Of a DNA stretch of 64,000 nucleotides, positions 38,965 to 48,142 are shown one piece after another. The stretch is from Faecousia sp. GTDB lineage: Bacteria; Bacillota; Clostridia; Oscillospirales; Oscillospiraceae. The notes under the pieces are model-generated. The model searched no databases. It was not told the DNA's origin and worked only from the letters and a program-made list of their open reading frames with translations. Positions within the stretch are counted from its first letter, which is position 1; each line of letters begins with the position of its first letter. The stretch covers positions 2,403-66,402 of the forward strand of contig JAZNDF010000121.1 of NCBI GenBank assembly GCA_045587925.1, written 5' to 3'. The position numbers and the translations under genes were made by a program.

Positions 38965-40682
38965 ACCTGCACCTCCTCTGCACCCATCTGAGTCTGTGCG
39001 ATAATGCGGTATTCTTCACAGCTTTCGATCAGTTCCTCGTGGGTGCCGCTTCCAATTACCTGTCCGTCGGACAGGACCAGGATCAGGTCCGCGTGGCGAA
39101 GGGAGCTGACGCGCTGTGCAATCAGAACGGTCGTAGTATTGCGGTAGTTTTCCCGCAGGGCTTTTCGGAGCAGGGCATCCGTTTGATAGTCCAGAGCAGA
39201 TGAGGCATCATCCAGCACCAAAATATCCGGATCGCCAGCCAATGCGCGGGCAATCAGCAGGCGCTGTTTTTGTCCGCCGGATAAATTGTTACCGCGGATC
39301 GCGACTGCAGAAGCCAGTCCGGCTTCCTTTTCCATCAGGATGTTTTCCGCCTGGGCGTGCTGGACGGCAAGGGAAAGCTTTTCATCGGGAATATCCCTGA
39401 AAAAGCGGATGTTATGGGCAATGTCACCTTCGGCGATGAAATCATTTTGGAATACAACACCGAATTTAGCGGTCAGCTCCTGCGGGGGAATGGAGCGAAT
39501 GTCCGTTCCGTCAATGAGAATCTGACCTTCATCAACATCGTAAAGCCGCAGTAATAAATTTATAATGGTGCTTTTGCCGGAGCCGGTAGAGCCCAATATT
39601 CCAAGTGTCTGACCTTTTTCCAGTCGGAAACTGAGATTTGTAAGGTTTTTACCGCGTCCGGTGTATGAAAATGTAACATTGCGAAATTCAATGGTTGCAT
39701 TTTGCTTTTCTTCTGCCGTTGCTTCCTGCAATGCCTGATCTTCGGGCAAGTATAGCACATCTGCAACGCGCAGTGCGCTGGCTTCGGCTTTGGACCACAT
39801 TACGAAGATACGGGTAACGCCGACCATTGCATTTAAGATCATTGTAAAATATTGCAGGAAGGCCACGATCACAGAGGGTTCCGTTGTACCGCCGCGGACG
39901 CGAATTGCACCCAGCAGCACGACGATCGTTAAGCCTAAATTCAGGATCAGTGAGGTCGCCGGCATTGTGATGGCTGTGACCGTTCCGGCTTTTTCACCGA
40001 TGTCATTTAGCTCGGAGTTTACGACATTAAACCGCTTCTTTTCGTGCTCTGTTTTGCTCAGCGCCTTAATCACGCGCACACCGGTAATATTTTCCTGAAC
40101 AGTACGAACAACGCGATCGAGAAATGTCTGCTGTTTGGTATAGAGGGGAATACTGTGCTTGGTCACGAAGTAAGTAATAAGCGCAATGATCGGAAGCAGG
40201 GCAATGGGGATCAGCGCCAGACCGGCGTCGATCATCAGCATCATAACGATGCCGCCGATCAGCAAAATAGGGGCACGAATGCCCATTCTCTGCACTCTTG
40301 CCAGACTTTGGTTGATATTGTATGTATCGCTGGTCAATCTTGATTCAGCAGAGGAAACGGTAACACGATCCATTTGACGGGCGGAAAGGTGCATTGTCTT
40401 TTTGAACAGATCGTGCCGGATGGACTTGGTAATTTTACCCGCAGACACTGCGCTCATCCGGTTGGCCAAAATATTAAGACTTAAACCCATAAGGGCACAA
40501 AGGATCATAAGGCCGCCGTACAGATAGACTAAAGACATATCATCGGACCGGACATCTGCAGATAAAATTGCTTCCATTAAATAGGGGATGATCAAGTCAG
40601 CAGAGGACGCAAAGATCTTAATTAAGAGTGTCAGAAGAATATAACCGATAAACGGCTTTATGTAGGGATATATTTTTCGCAT
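38961..40682 (-). CDS. ABC exporter, fused permease/ATPase (heterodimer partner with degenerate site)
   Basis: GSTGSGKST, LSGGQKQR, LDDASS, IAQR. Confidence 0.93.
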   Translation of the reverse strand: MRKIYPYIKPFIGYILLTLLIKIFASSADLIIPYLMEAILSADVRSDDMSLVYLYGGLMILCALMGLSLNILANRMSAVSAGKITKSIRHDLFKKTMHLSARQMDRVTVSSAESRLTSDTYNINQSLARVQRMGIRAPILLIGGIVMMLMIDAGLALIPIALLPIIALITYFVTKHSIPLYTKQQTFLDRVVRTVQENITGVRVIKALSKTEHEKKRFNVVNSELNDIGEKAGTVTAITMPATSLILNLGLTIVVLLGAIRVRGGTTEPSVIVAFLQYFTMILNAMVGVTRIFVMWSKAEASALRVADVLYLPEDQALQEATAEEKQNATIEFRNVTFSYTGRGKNLTNLSFRLEKGQTLGILGSTGSGKSTIINLLLRLYDVDEGQILIDGTDIRSIPPQELTAKFGVVFQNDFIAEGDIAHNIRFFRDIPDEKLSLAVQHAQAENILMEKEAGLASAVAIRGNNLSGGQKQRLLIARALAGDPDILVLDDASSALDYQTDALLRKALRENYRNTTTVLIAQRVSSLRHADLILVLSDGQVIGSGTHEELIESCEEYRIIAQTQMGAEEVQV

Positions 40683-40685
40683 AAA

Positions 40686-41111
40686 TCATCCCTCCATCCA
40701 TTCAGACGCCCGCTGTTTCATTTTTTCCAGCAGGGAGATCAGTGTTTCCCGTTCTTCTTCGGTCAGTCCCTCAGATACAAGATTTTCCCAATCCCGGAAG
40801 GATTTTCGCACTTCAGGCAGAATGTCCAGCGTTTTGGTGGTGGGGTGAATGTGCATAACCCGGCGATCGGAGGAAGAAACCTGTCTTTCAACAAAGCCGT
40901 TTTCTTCCAGAAATGAGATCTGGCGGGCGACACTGCTCTTATCCAGGAAAAGCCTCCTGGAAAGCTGGTCCTGGGTGATACCGGGATTTTTGCAAATGCA
41001 GACCAGATAGGATGCGTGCATAGGTTTGATTCCAAGGGGGGCAAGAATTGGTTGTCGGTATGCTGTGGAACAGCGGCTGATCGCTGAAATGTTATGCATA
41101 AGAGCCGGCAT
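40686..41111 (-). CDS. MarR family regulator
   Basis: PGITQDQLS..L.LDKSSVAR....LE..GFV.R..S..DRR; GGGAGG SD. Confidence 0.9.
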   Translation of the reverse strand: MPALMHNISAISRCSTAYRQPILAPLGIKPMHASYLVCICKNPGITQDQLSRRLFLDKSSVARQISFLEENGFVERQVSSSDRRVMHIHPTTKTLDILPEVRKSFRDWENLVSEGLTEEERETLISLLEKMKQRASEWMEG

Positions 41112-41130
41112 AATTAATTCCTCCCATAAT

Positions 41131-41152
41131 AATAGTTGCATTTGCAACTATT
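41131..41152. promoter_or_regulatory. Probable MarR operator
   Basis: AATAGTTGCA-TT-TGCAACTATT perfect 10-bp inverted repeat just upstream of marR. Confidence 0.7.
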
Positions 41153-41192
41153 GTAACAGATAGAAGGCATATTGTAAAGAGGAATTATATTA

Positions 41193-41224
41193 ATAACCAC
41201 CCGAAAAAATGTTCGGGTGGTTAT
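41193..41224 (-). terminator. Terminator after araC
   Basis: ATAACCACCCGAA...TTCGGGTGGTTAT. Confidence 0.75.
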
Positions 41225-41225
41225 T

Positions 41226-42074
41226 TCACAGCTCTGTATGAATTTTGAGCATTCTGTATGCTCTCGGCGTTCTTCCGGTGTGTTCCTTAAACAGCTTTAT
41301 GAAATATGCGGAGGAACAAAATCCGGTGCGCCAGGCGATTTGTGATATGTCGTGCTGAGTTGTTACAAGCTCGTTTTTTGCCATTTGTATTCGGTAGTGG
41401 ATCAGGTACTGATGAAGGGTCTTTCCGGTTTCCTCCAGGATCAAATGGCTTAAGTGATCGGGATGATAGCCGAAATGCAGTGCGATATCCTTGTTTGTCA
41501 GGGTCGTTTCTGTAAAATGCTCGTGGATATAATTCAGCACGCCTTCGCAAAGCCTGGAGCGCTTGCTTTGTAAATTTGCTTCTATCATTTCCAGAAGACA
41601 CATTTTCAGCAATGCTGCAGACTTTTCCCTGAAAAAAGGTTGTTGGAGCAAAAAATGATCGCAGCATTGCGTTAAGGGCGGATCCAGCTGGGGAATGGTG
41701 CGGACGATGTATCCCGAAAGCTCCTTCGGGAGCGTATAGGAGGGAACACGGTCGGGTACAAAGCAGGGGAGGGTTACCGTGCCCAGGGAGGAGGTCATAT
41801 CCGCGTGGATGGAAGTCAGATCAAAGTCCATCACGATCGCTTTTGCTTCCTTATGAAAATGCACCTGAAAAACATATTGGGTTTCCGGTGGTAAAAAGAT
41901 CGCGGTTTTGTTTGTGATAGCCTGTTCAGCGCCGTTGATTGTGATCGTACCGCTTACATTGTCAAAATAAAACATACGGCAGTCATAACAGATCCGAACC
42001 TCGTGTTTCAGACTGACAGCAGTCTTATGTACTCTGGCATACCGTATATGGGGATTTAATTCATATAATTCCAT
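41226..42074 (-). CDS. AraC family regulator
   Basis: C-terminal HFGYHPDHLS..GFCSSAYFIKLFK..TGRTP.AYR. Confidence 0.9.
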   Translation of the reverse strand: MELYELNPHIRYARVHKTAVSLKHEVRICYDCRMFYFDNVSGTITINGAEQAITNKTAIFLPPETQYVFQVHFHKEAKAIVMDFDLTSIHADMTSSLGTVTLPCFVPDRVPSYTLPKELSGYIVRTIPQLDPPLTQCCDHFLLQQPFFREKSAALLKMCLLEMIEANLQSKRSRLCEGVLNYIHEHFTETTLTNKDIALHFGYHPDHLSHLILEETGKTLHQYLIHYRIQMAKNELVTTQHDISQIAWRTGFCSSAYFIKLFKEHTGRTPRAYRMLKIHTEL

Positions 42075-42178
42075 AGGTCACACTTCTCTGTTTTGTTATA
42101 TTTTTGATAGTTTCTATTATACAATATCTTGTCAAGATTTGATATATTCAATATGCGCGTTCAAAGGGAGGTGCAGTT

Positions 42179-43186
42179 ATGAAATTCAGTGTTGGCTATC
42201 AACTGTTTTCTGATACAAATTACATCGATGAGATCATTAAAAGAAAAGATGCAGTCTCTGAGGTGTATTTTTCTTGGGGGGATATTCCCAACGGCCGTAA
42301 CAGCCAGCTTCATCGGCTGGATATGATGCCCTGGGAAGCGCAGGGGAAACAGATATTTGACCTGGATATGCTAAGCAAGGAAAAAATTTCCCTGAACCTA
42401 CTGTTAAATGCTACTTGCTACGGTAAGGACAGTCAATCCAGAGCCTTTTTTGAAAAGATCGGGGACACGGTGGACTATTTGAAGGAACGGTATGGACTTG
42501 CTTCTGTGACTACCACATCGCCCTTGATCGCTTCCTTTATTAAAACGAATTTTCCTGACATTGATGTGCGCGCTTCCGTTAATATGGGGATCGGCTCCGT
42601 TGAGGGTATGGAGTATGTGTCGGACTGTTTTGACAGCTTTTATCTCAAACGGGAATTTAACCGCAATTTCGGCACGATTCGCAACCTGAAGGCCTGGTGT
42701 GACGATAACGGCAAAAAATTGTACGCCCTGGCAAACAGCGGATGTCTTAACAATTGCTCAGCGCATACCTTCCACGATAATCTGGTAGCCCACGAACAGG
42801 AAATTGCATCTATGGACAATGCATTTTCTTTTGAGGGGATTTGCGGTAAGTTCTTAAAAAGCGGGAAGAACCTGCATAAAATTCTGGACTATACCGGTTT
42901 TATCCGCCCGGAGGATGTTCCTCTTTATGAAGAAATGTTCCCGGCAATGAAGCTTGCGACCCGCGTCAGCGCGGACCCGGTTCGCATTTTACAGGCTTAT
43001 ATTGACCGCGGGCGTCATATCGGCAGTGCGCTGGATCTTTTGGAGCCCAATCATACCCGCACGATCTATCCCTATTTTTTGGAGAACAGTGATATTCAGG
43101 CAACTGTCAGTAACGACATCCTGATATACAGCAATATAGAAAAAGCACTGATAAAACTAGAGGAGGATGTATATGTTAACCAGTGA
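42179..43186 (+). CDS. Peptidase U32-like (TIM-barrel Fe-S) protein
   Basis: N.LLNATC, VRASVN, REFNRN, LANSGCLNNC..H...C, FIRPEDV, KLATR. Confidence 0.62.
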   Translation: MKFSVGYQLFSDTNYIDEIIKRKDAVSEVYFSWGDIPNGRNSQLHRLDMMPWEAQGKQIFDLDMLSKEKISLNLLLNATCYGKDSQSRAFFEKIGDTVDYLKERYGLASVTTTSPLIASFIKTNFPDIDVRASVNMGIGSVEGMEYVSDCFDSFYLKREFNRNFGTIRNLKAWCDDNGKKLYALANSGCLNNCSAHTFHDNLVAHEQEIASMDNAFSFEGICGKFLKSGKNLHKILDYTGFIRPEDVPLYEEMFPAMKLATRVSADPVRILQAYIDRGRHIGSALDLLEPNHTRTIYPYFLENSDIQATVSNDILIYSNIEKALIKLEEDVYVNQ

Positions 43187-44252
43187 GATGATAAAAAAAG
43201 CTGCATTGGAGGCCGGTGCGGATAAATGTGGCATTGCGCCTATGTCCCGCTTCGAGGGTGCACCCAAGGAGATGGACCCCAGGTACTTATTCCCCAATGC
43301 AAAAAGTGTGATCGGATTTGTTTTCCGTATTCCGCGGGGTGTCCAAAGAGGTATTGAAGAAGGCACACAGTTTTATCAGTACCCGTCTATGGCATACGGC
43401 GGAATTAATGAGATTTTTGCTCCGGCGGTGCTTCATCACGTTGGCCGTGTGATTGAGGATGAGGGCTATGAAGCAGTGGTCTACAGAAATACCGGTGCTC
43501 GCGGTGTTGTTTCGGATATGGATGGCTCTCCCGGAAATACACTGTCTCCCGAAGAGCAGATCGAAGTCAGCAAGCACGCAAAGGGTAAGACGGCTCACCA
43601 CAGAAGTGTTCAGTTTACCCGCCCTGTTTCCGATGATAAGGTTCCGCCGGACCTGCAGTTCCAGTTCCGTATTGCCGCAGTCGCTTGCGGTTTGGGTGAG
43701 ATCGGCTGGAGTAAAATGCTGCTGACACCGGAATTTGGTCCTTTACAGCGCGTTGCCTTCATTTTTACAGATGCAGAGCTGGAATATGATGAAATGTATT
43801 CCGGAGAGCCTCTGTGCCGCCGTTGCGGTGCCTGTGTACGGGAATGTCCCGGCGGTTGTATCCCTCCCATCAAGGGTGGCGCAAAGAAGGTTATCAATCT
43901 GGCGGGTAAGGAAATCGAATGGGGCGACATTGATATGTGGCGCTGTTATGCCTTCTATACCCACGGTGGCAGATATTACAATCCTTTCGTGCCCAAGGAA
44001 GTCTTTGATAAAAACGAAAACGGTATGCTGGACCTTCTGGAGGGTATTACCGATGCGGCAAATGAGAAGGAAGTTATGAAGGTTTATACAGCCCTGGAAA
44101 AGTACTTCCCCAGCTGGGTCGGCTATAATATGGCAAAATGCGGCGGCTGTATCCGCGGCTGTGTCAGTGTTTTGGAAAAGAAGGGCGGATGTATGCACGA
44201 TCGCTTCCAATCACCGTTACGCACGAAAAAAGCCTGGAAAATGGACAGATAA
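43173..44252 (+). CDS. QueG/reductive-dehalogenase-like 4Fe-4S protein (paralog 1)
   Basis: GAD.CGIA, P.AKSVI, AAVACGLGEIG..KMLLTPEFGP, CxxCxxCxxxCP, WRC, CGGCIRGC. Confidence 0.75.
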   Translation: MLTSEMIKKAALEAGADKCGIAPMSRFEGAPKEMDPRYLFPNAKSVIGFVFRIPRGVQRGIEEGTQFYQYPSMAYGGINEIFAPAVLHHVGRVIEDEGYEAVVYRNTGARGVVSDMDGSPGNTLSPEEQIEVSKHAKGKTAHHRSVQFTRPVSDDKVPPDLQFQFRIAAVACGLGEIGWSKMLLTPEFGPLQRVAFIFTDAELEYDEMYSGEPLCRRCGACVRECPGGCIPPIKGGAKKVINLAGKEIEWGDIDMWRCYAFYTHGGRYYNPFVPKEVFDKNENGMLDLLEGITDAANEKEVMKVYTALEKYFPSWVGYNMAKCGGCIRGCVSVLEKKGGCMHDRFQSPLRTKKAWKMDR

Positions 44253-44264
44253 TGAGGTGACGCT

Positions 44265-45167
44265 ATGAATGCAGAATTTATAAAGCAAAAAGCTAAGGAA
44301 CTGGGTGCCGCCGTTTGCGGAATTGGTGACCCTGAAATGTTCCGGGGTGACGACCCTCAGCATAATCCTTTTTCGATCCTTCCCAATGCGAAAAGCATTA
44401 TCGGTTTTGGTATTAAAATCCCCCGTGGACTGTTCCGGGCTATGGAAGATCAGACACAGTATTATAACTACACAAATCTTGGCGTTAAATATATTGACGA
44501 AACATTTGCAGAAATCTTCCTGTTGAAAATGGGACAGATGATCGAAAACGAAGGCTATGATGCCTGCCTGCAAAGAACGGTACCAGGCTTCAAGGTCAAG
44601 GGCGACAAGACCACAAATCCGGAGGTCAACAGAATTTATGAACTGCAGTTTGCAAGTCCTGTTGAGGAAGGAAAACCGGCACCGGATGTGATCATTGATT
44701 ATAACAAGGCGGCAATGGTGTGCGGTTTGGGTAAAGCCGGTTTGCACAATAAGGTGATCGTTCCCAAGTACGGTACCTATATGCGTTTTGTATATATCAT
44801 CACAGATATGGAACTGGAATTTGACAAGCCGTTTACGGATAGTCTTTGTGATAACTGCGGACTGTGCCTTAAGGCCTGTCCCGGTAAAGCGATCGACGAA
44901 AACGGCGTAGATACCTGGCAGTGCAGTGTGTACTACCGTGGTGCCCATAAGTCAAATCCCTTTATTACGGATGAATTTTTGAAGGATCATCCCAATAGGG
45001 AAGCGATCCTGAATGGCGAAATGCGGTTTGATAAGGACAGTGCGTTGGAGATCTATGATAGCTTAAAGATCCTGCCCAATACCCATTTCGGATATGTGCC
45101 CTGTTTGTGTGGAAAATCCTGTGAAACGGTTTGCTATAAGCACTTGAAGGAGGTGGGCAAGCTATGA
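44265..45167 (+). CDS. QueG/reductive-dehalogenase-like 4Fe-4S protein (paralog 2)
   Basis: AAMVCGLGKAG...VIVPKYG, CDNCGLCLKACP, WQC, CGKSCETVC. Confidence 0.75.
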   Translation: MNAEFIKQKAKELGAAVCGIGDPEMFRGDDPQHNPFSILPNAKSIIGFGIKIPRGLFRAMEDQTQYYNYTNLGVKYIDETFAEIFLLKMGQMIENEGYDACLQRTVPGFKVKGDKTTNPEVNRIYELQFASPVEEGKPAPDVIIDYNKAAMVCGLGKAGLHNKVIVPKYGTYMRFVYIITDMELEFDKPFTDSLCDNCGLCLKACPGKAIDENGVDTWQCSVYYRGAHKSNPFITDEFLKDHPNREAILNGEMRFDKDSALEIYDSLKILPNTHFGYVPCLCGKSCETVCYKHLKEVGKL

Positions 45168-46135
45168 AAAATCAAATCATAGAACTGGCTCAGAAATATG
45201 ATGCCGATGTAGTAGGCTTTGCGCCTGCCGGCAGATTTTCTGCAGATGACCCGATTTTTAAGATTTTCCCCAATGTAAAAACTGTGATCGGTCTTGGCTT
45301 CCGTGTTCTCAGAGGCATTTACAGGGGCGTGGAAGAGGGCACAACATACTACCAGTATACTACTATGGGCGTTGAAAATCTGGAAGAAACGGTTATGCCC
45401 CTGGCACTGATCAATGTGGCGAACTTTATTGAGGAAGAGGGCTTCGAGGCAATTCCCCAGAGAAGAAACCAGCTGATCCGGAACGATACGGGTAAGACAA
45501 ATCCTGAGGTGGACTACACGGATGTTGTCCACGGAATTAAGGCAGAAAACCAGCTGGATTTCCTCAATTGTGCTGTTCAGTGCGGCTTGGGTGAAAAAAG
45601 CTTGATCGGTTCCTTGCTCAATGATGAGTACGGCCCCTTTATCCGCTATTGCTTTATTCTCACCGATGCAGAAATTGAGCCTACCGAGCTGGTTGAGCCC
45701 AGTCTTTGCGATCAGTGCGGGGAATGTATCAAGGCTTGTCCCGGCAAGGCGATCAGTCCTGATGGAGAGGTGGATTGCTGGAAATGCACCGCATATTATA
45801 ACGGCGCAAACGGCAGTAAAAATCCATTTATGCCTCCGGATGCTTATTTGGATTTTGAAAATCGGTTGGAGATCATTTGCGGTGAAGCGGATATCGATGT
45901 GGAGCTTGCAAAGAAGATCATTGATGCAACTTATTTCTATCCCCCTGCAAAGCATTTCTACCGTACATCCATTTGCGGTCGCGCCTGTGACAGAGCCTGT
46001 TACATCCATCTGGAAGAAAAGGGCGTCCTGAAAAAGAAATTCCACAAGAAATTCCGCGAAGGCGAGGATTGGAAGCTGAGCACTGTTCAGTTTGAAACCC
46101 TGAAGCGGGAAAAGGAATGGGAGTTTACAAAATAA
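45164..46135 (+). CDS. QueG/reductive-dehalogenase-like 4Fe-4S protein (paralog 3)
   Basis: AVQCGLGE....LLNDEYGP, CDQCGECIKACP, WKC, CGRACDRAC. Confidence 0.75.
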   Translation: MKNQIIELAQKYDADVVGFAPAGRFSADDPIFKIFPNVKTVIGLGFRVLRGIYRGVEEGTTYYQYTTMGVENLEETVMPLALINVANFIEEEGFEAIPQRRNQLIRNDTGKTNPEVDYTDVVHGIKAENQLDFLNCAVQCGLGEKSLIGSLLNDEYGPFIRYCFILTDAEIEPTELVEPSLCDQCGECIKACPGKAISPDGEVDCWKCTAYYNGANGSKNPFMPPDAYLDFENRLEIICGEADIDVELAKKIIDATYFYPPAKHFYRTSICGRACDRACYIHLEEKGVLKKKFHKKFREGEDWKLSTVQFETLKREKEWEFTK

Positions 46136-46179
46136 TAAAAATTTACCCTCCGGTTTGATTGCCGGAGGGTAATTTTTAT
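46135..46179. terminator. Bidirectional terminator
   Basis: ATAAAAATTTACCCTCCGG...CCGGAGGGTAATTTTTAT. Confidence 0.8.
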
Positions 46180-47075
46180 GAATGATGATGGTGATGATGG
46201 TGACAGCAGGTGTGTTTTTCAAATGCTATACCGCAGTTGGTATCCTTGCATTGTGCCCAGGGTGTTTCCGTTTCCAAAGTCGCGTGACTGATTCCCAACT
46301 CCAGCAATTTATCACGGACCGCATTTTTGACCCCTTCCGGGTCGGCGTTTGTTACAATGTGCATCGTAGCACAATTTGTTCTTCCGTCGATGCTCCGGAT
46401 ATGGATATGGTGTACATCCAGTACGCCGTTTATGTGCATAATCCGGTTTTTTACCTGGCTGACGGAAATGCCTTTGGGCGTTTTCTCCAGGAACAGGTCC
46501 AGCGCTTCGCTTAAGTTTCCCAATGCGTTACAGATAATGAAAACGGCAACGCCGATGGACATTATGGGATCGATCAGTGTAAAATCCGTAAATCGCATTA
46601 CAATAGCACCGAACAGAACAATGATCCACCCCAAAACATCTTCCAGCATATGCAAATTTACTGCTTTTTGATTGATGGACGCGCCATCCCGCGTAACGAT
46701 CGCCGCCACCAGATTGACCATTACACCAACGATCGACAGCGCGATCATTCCGTTATAATTGACAGGCTCCGGATGAAGGATCCTGCCTGCGGCATTGTAT
46801 ATGACCATAAAAGATCCCAAAAGTAAAATCAATGTTGTTACAATGCCGCCTACAACCGAGTATCTTGTATACCCGTAAGTGTAAATGTCGTCAGGACCTT
46901 TTTTACTTTTCCGTTCCAGAAAATAGGAGATGCCAATGCTTGCCGCATCGCCCATATCGTGAACAGCATCGGAAATAATGGCGATGCTTCCTGTGATCAT
47001 TCCGCCAAAAAACTCAAATATGGAAAATCCGAGATTTAAGATAAATGCAATAAAAATATTTCGTTCCGCTTTCAT
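46176..47075 (-). CDS. czcD: Cation diffusion facilitator (CzcD-like Zn/Co/Cd exporter)
   Basis: SDAVHD.GD, YTYGY.R, LHMLED.LG, DVHHIH, His-rich C-terminal tail. Confidence 0.9.
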   Translation of the reverse strand: MKAERNIFIAFILNLGFSIFEFFGGMITGSIAIISDAVHDMGDAASIGISYFLERKSKKGPDDIYTYGYTRYSVVGGIVTTLILLLGSFMVIYNAAGRILHPEPVNYNGMIALSIVGVMVNLVAAIVTRDGASINQKAVNLHMLEDVLGWIIVLFGAIVMRFTDFTLIDPIMSIGVAVFIICNALGNLSEALDLFLEKTPKGISVSQVKNRIMHINGVLDVHHIHIRSIDGRTNCATMHIVTNADPEGVKNAVRDKLLELGISHATLETETPWAQCKDTNCGIAFEKHTCCHHHHHHHS

Positions 47076-47191
47076 AGTATCCCCCGATTGACGAATTTGA
47101 AAAATATGATACAGTATATAATATCGAACATTGTGTTCAGCTATATTATATTTTAGTAATCATATAACATCAATATATGATATGCCCGGAA

Positions 47192-47207
47192 TGTTCATTA
47201 CGGAACA
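47192..47207. promoter_or_regulatory. Putative SczA-type operator
   Basis: TGTTCA-TTAC-GGAACA; a second GAACA-TTG-TGTTC at 47126-47138. Confidence 0.5.
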
Positions 47208-47235
47208 AATTTTGCAAATTGTATGGAGGAACAAG

Positions 47236-47802
47236 ATGGACCGTCGACAGAGAAAGACAAGGGAAGCCATATTCTGCGGATTTACAAAGCTTCTTTCCCA
47301 AAAGGATTTTAACAGGATTACTGTGGGTGAAATCTGCGAACAGGCAGATGTTGGCAGAGCCACATTTTATGCGCATTTTGAAACGAAGGAGTATTTGCTG
47401 AAGGCGTTTTGTGAAGAGCTGTTCTGTCATCTGTTTGATGCGCAGAGCGGTGACAAATGCGGCCATAAGCACATTTTTGACTGCGACAGTACAGATGCGG
47501 CATTTTTGCATTTATTCCGCCATTTGCAGAAAAATGACAATAACATTTTACTTTTGCTGTCTTCGCCCAATAATGCTCTGTTTTTAAGCTATTTCAGAAG
47601 TAATCTTGAAAGCCTGATTGATAATCAGTATGCACACTTTGCTTCATCTAGACCCGAAAATGTCCCTGAGTCTTATTATAAAAATCACATTGTATCGACC
47701 CTGATTGAAACGATCAGGTGGTGGACCGATAACAAAATGAAGGAAACCCCGGAAATAATAACGGAGTATTTTTTTCAGAGTCTATATATCCCGAAAAGAT
47801 AA
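47236..47802 (+). CDS. TetR family regulator, SczA-like metal sensor
   Basis: MDRR..KT..AI..F..LL..K.F..ITV..I...ADVGR.TFY.HF; Cys/His-rich segment; divergent from czcD. Confidence 0.85.
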   Translation: MDRRQRKTREAIFCGFTKLLSQKDFNRITVGEICEQADVGRATFYAHFETKEYLLKAFCEELFCHLFDAQSGDKCGHKHIFDCDSTDAAFLHLFRHLQKNDNNILLLLSSPNNALFLSYFRSNLESLIDNQYAHFASSRPENVPESYYKNHIVSTLIETIRWWTDNKMKETPEIITEYFFQSLYIPKR

Positions 47803-47873
47803 ATATGGAAAGAAAAGCCGTGGAGTAAATAGCGATCAATCAGATTATCGTATTTAATATATTTAATTTTTTC

Positions 47874-48121
47874 TTGCATTTGTCTTTGCCGTGTGCTACT
47901 ATGTTTATGCTACACAAACTAAATAATCAGAATAGCGGTATTTTTATCGTTATAGGGTTTTTATACCCTGTTTATACTCTCTTTGCTGGAAACTTGGTAA
48001 AAACGCAAGCTCCTTGCAAAGAGTTTTACGGAGATACCGTAATTCTGATTTGGTTTGTGTAGCAACAAATGGGGCTATGCGTTTTTCGGTGTGTAGCATC
48101 CTTTGGTGCTACACACTTTTT
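47874..48121 (+). promoter_or_regulatory. Promoter plus structured attenuator-like leader A
   Basis: TTGCAT-17-TACTAT; X 47908-47943 complementary to 48032-48064; stem 47999-48013/48071-48086; terminator 48089-48121. Confidence 0.7.
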
Positions 48122-48142
48122 GTTTTCGGAGATATTCTGCAT

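Noticed and set aside
44217-46222. Long minus-strand ORFs over the Fe-S paralogs
   Set aside because: Antisense shadows; the plus-strand ORFs carry clear Fe-S motifs
47874-48062. Small ORFs in leader A (and 54015-54334 in leader B) as leader peptides or toxins
   Set aside because: No SD and no similarity between the two loci at protein level; the conservation is in base pairing. A leaderless peptide cannot be fully excluded.
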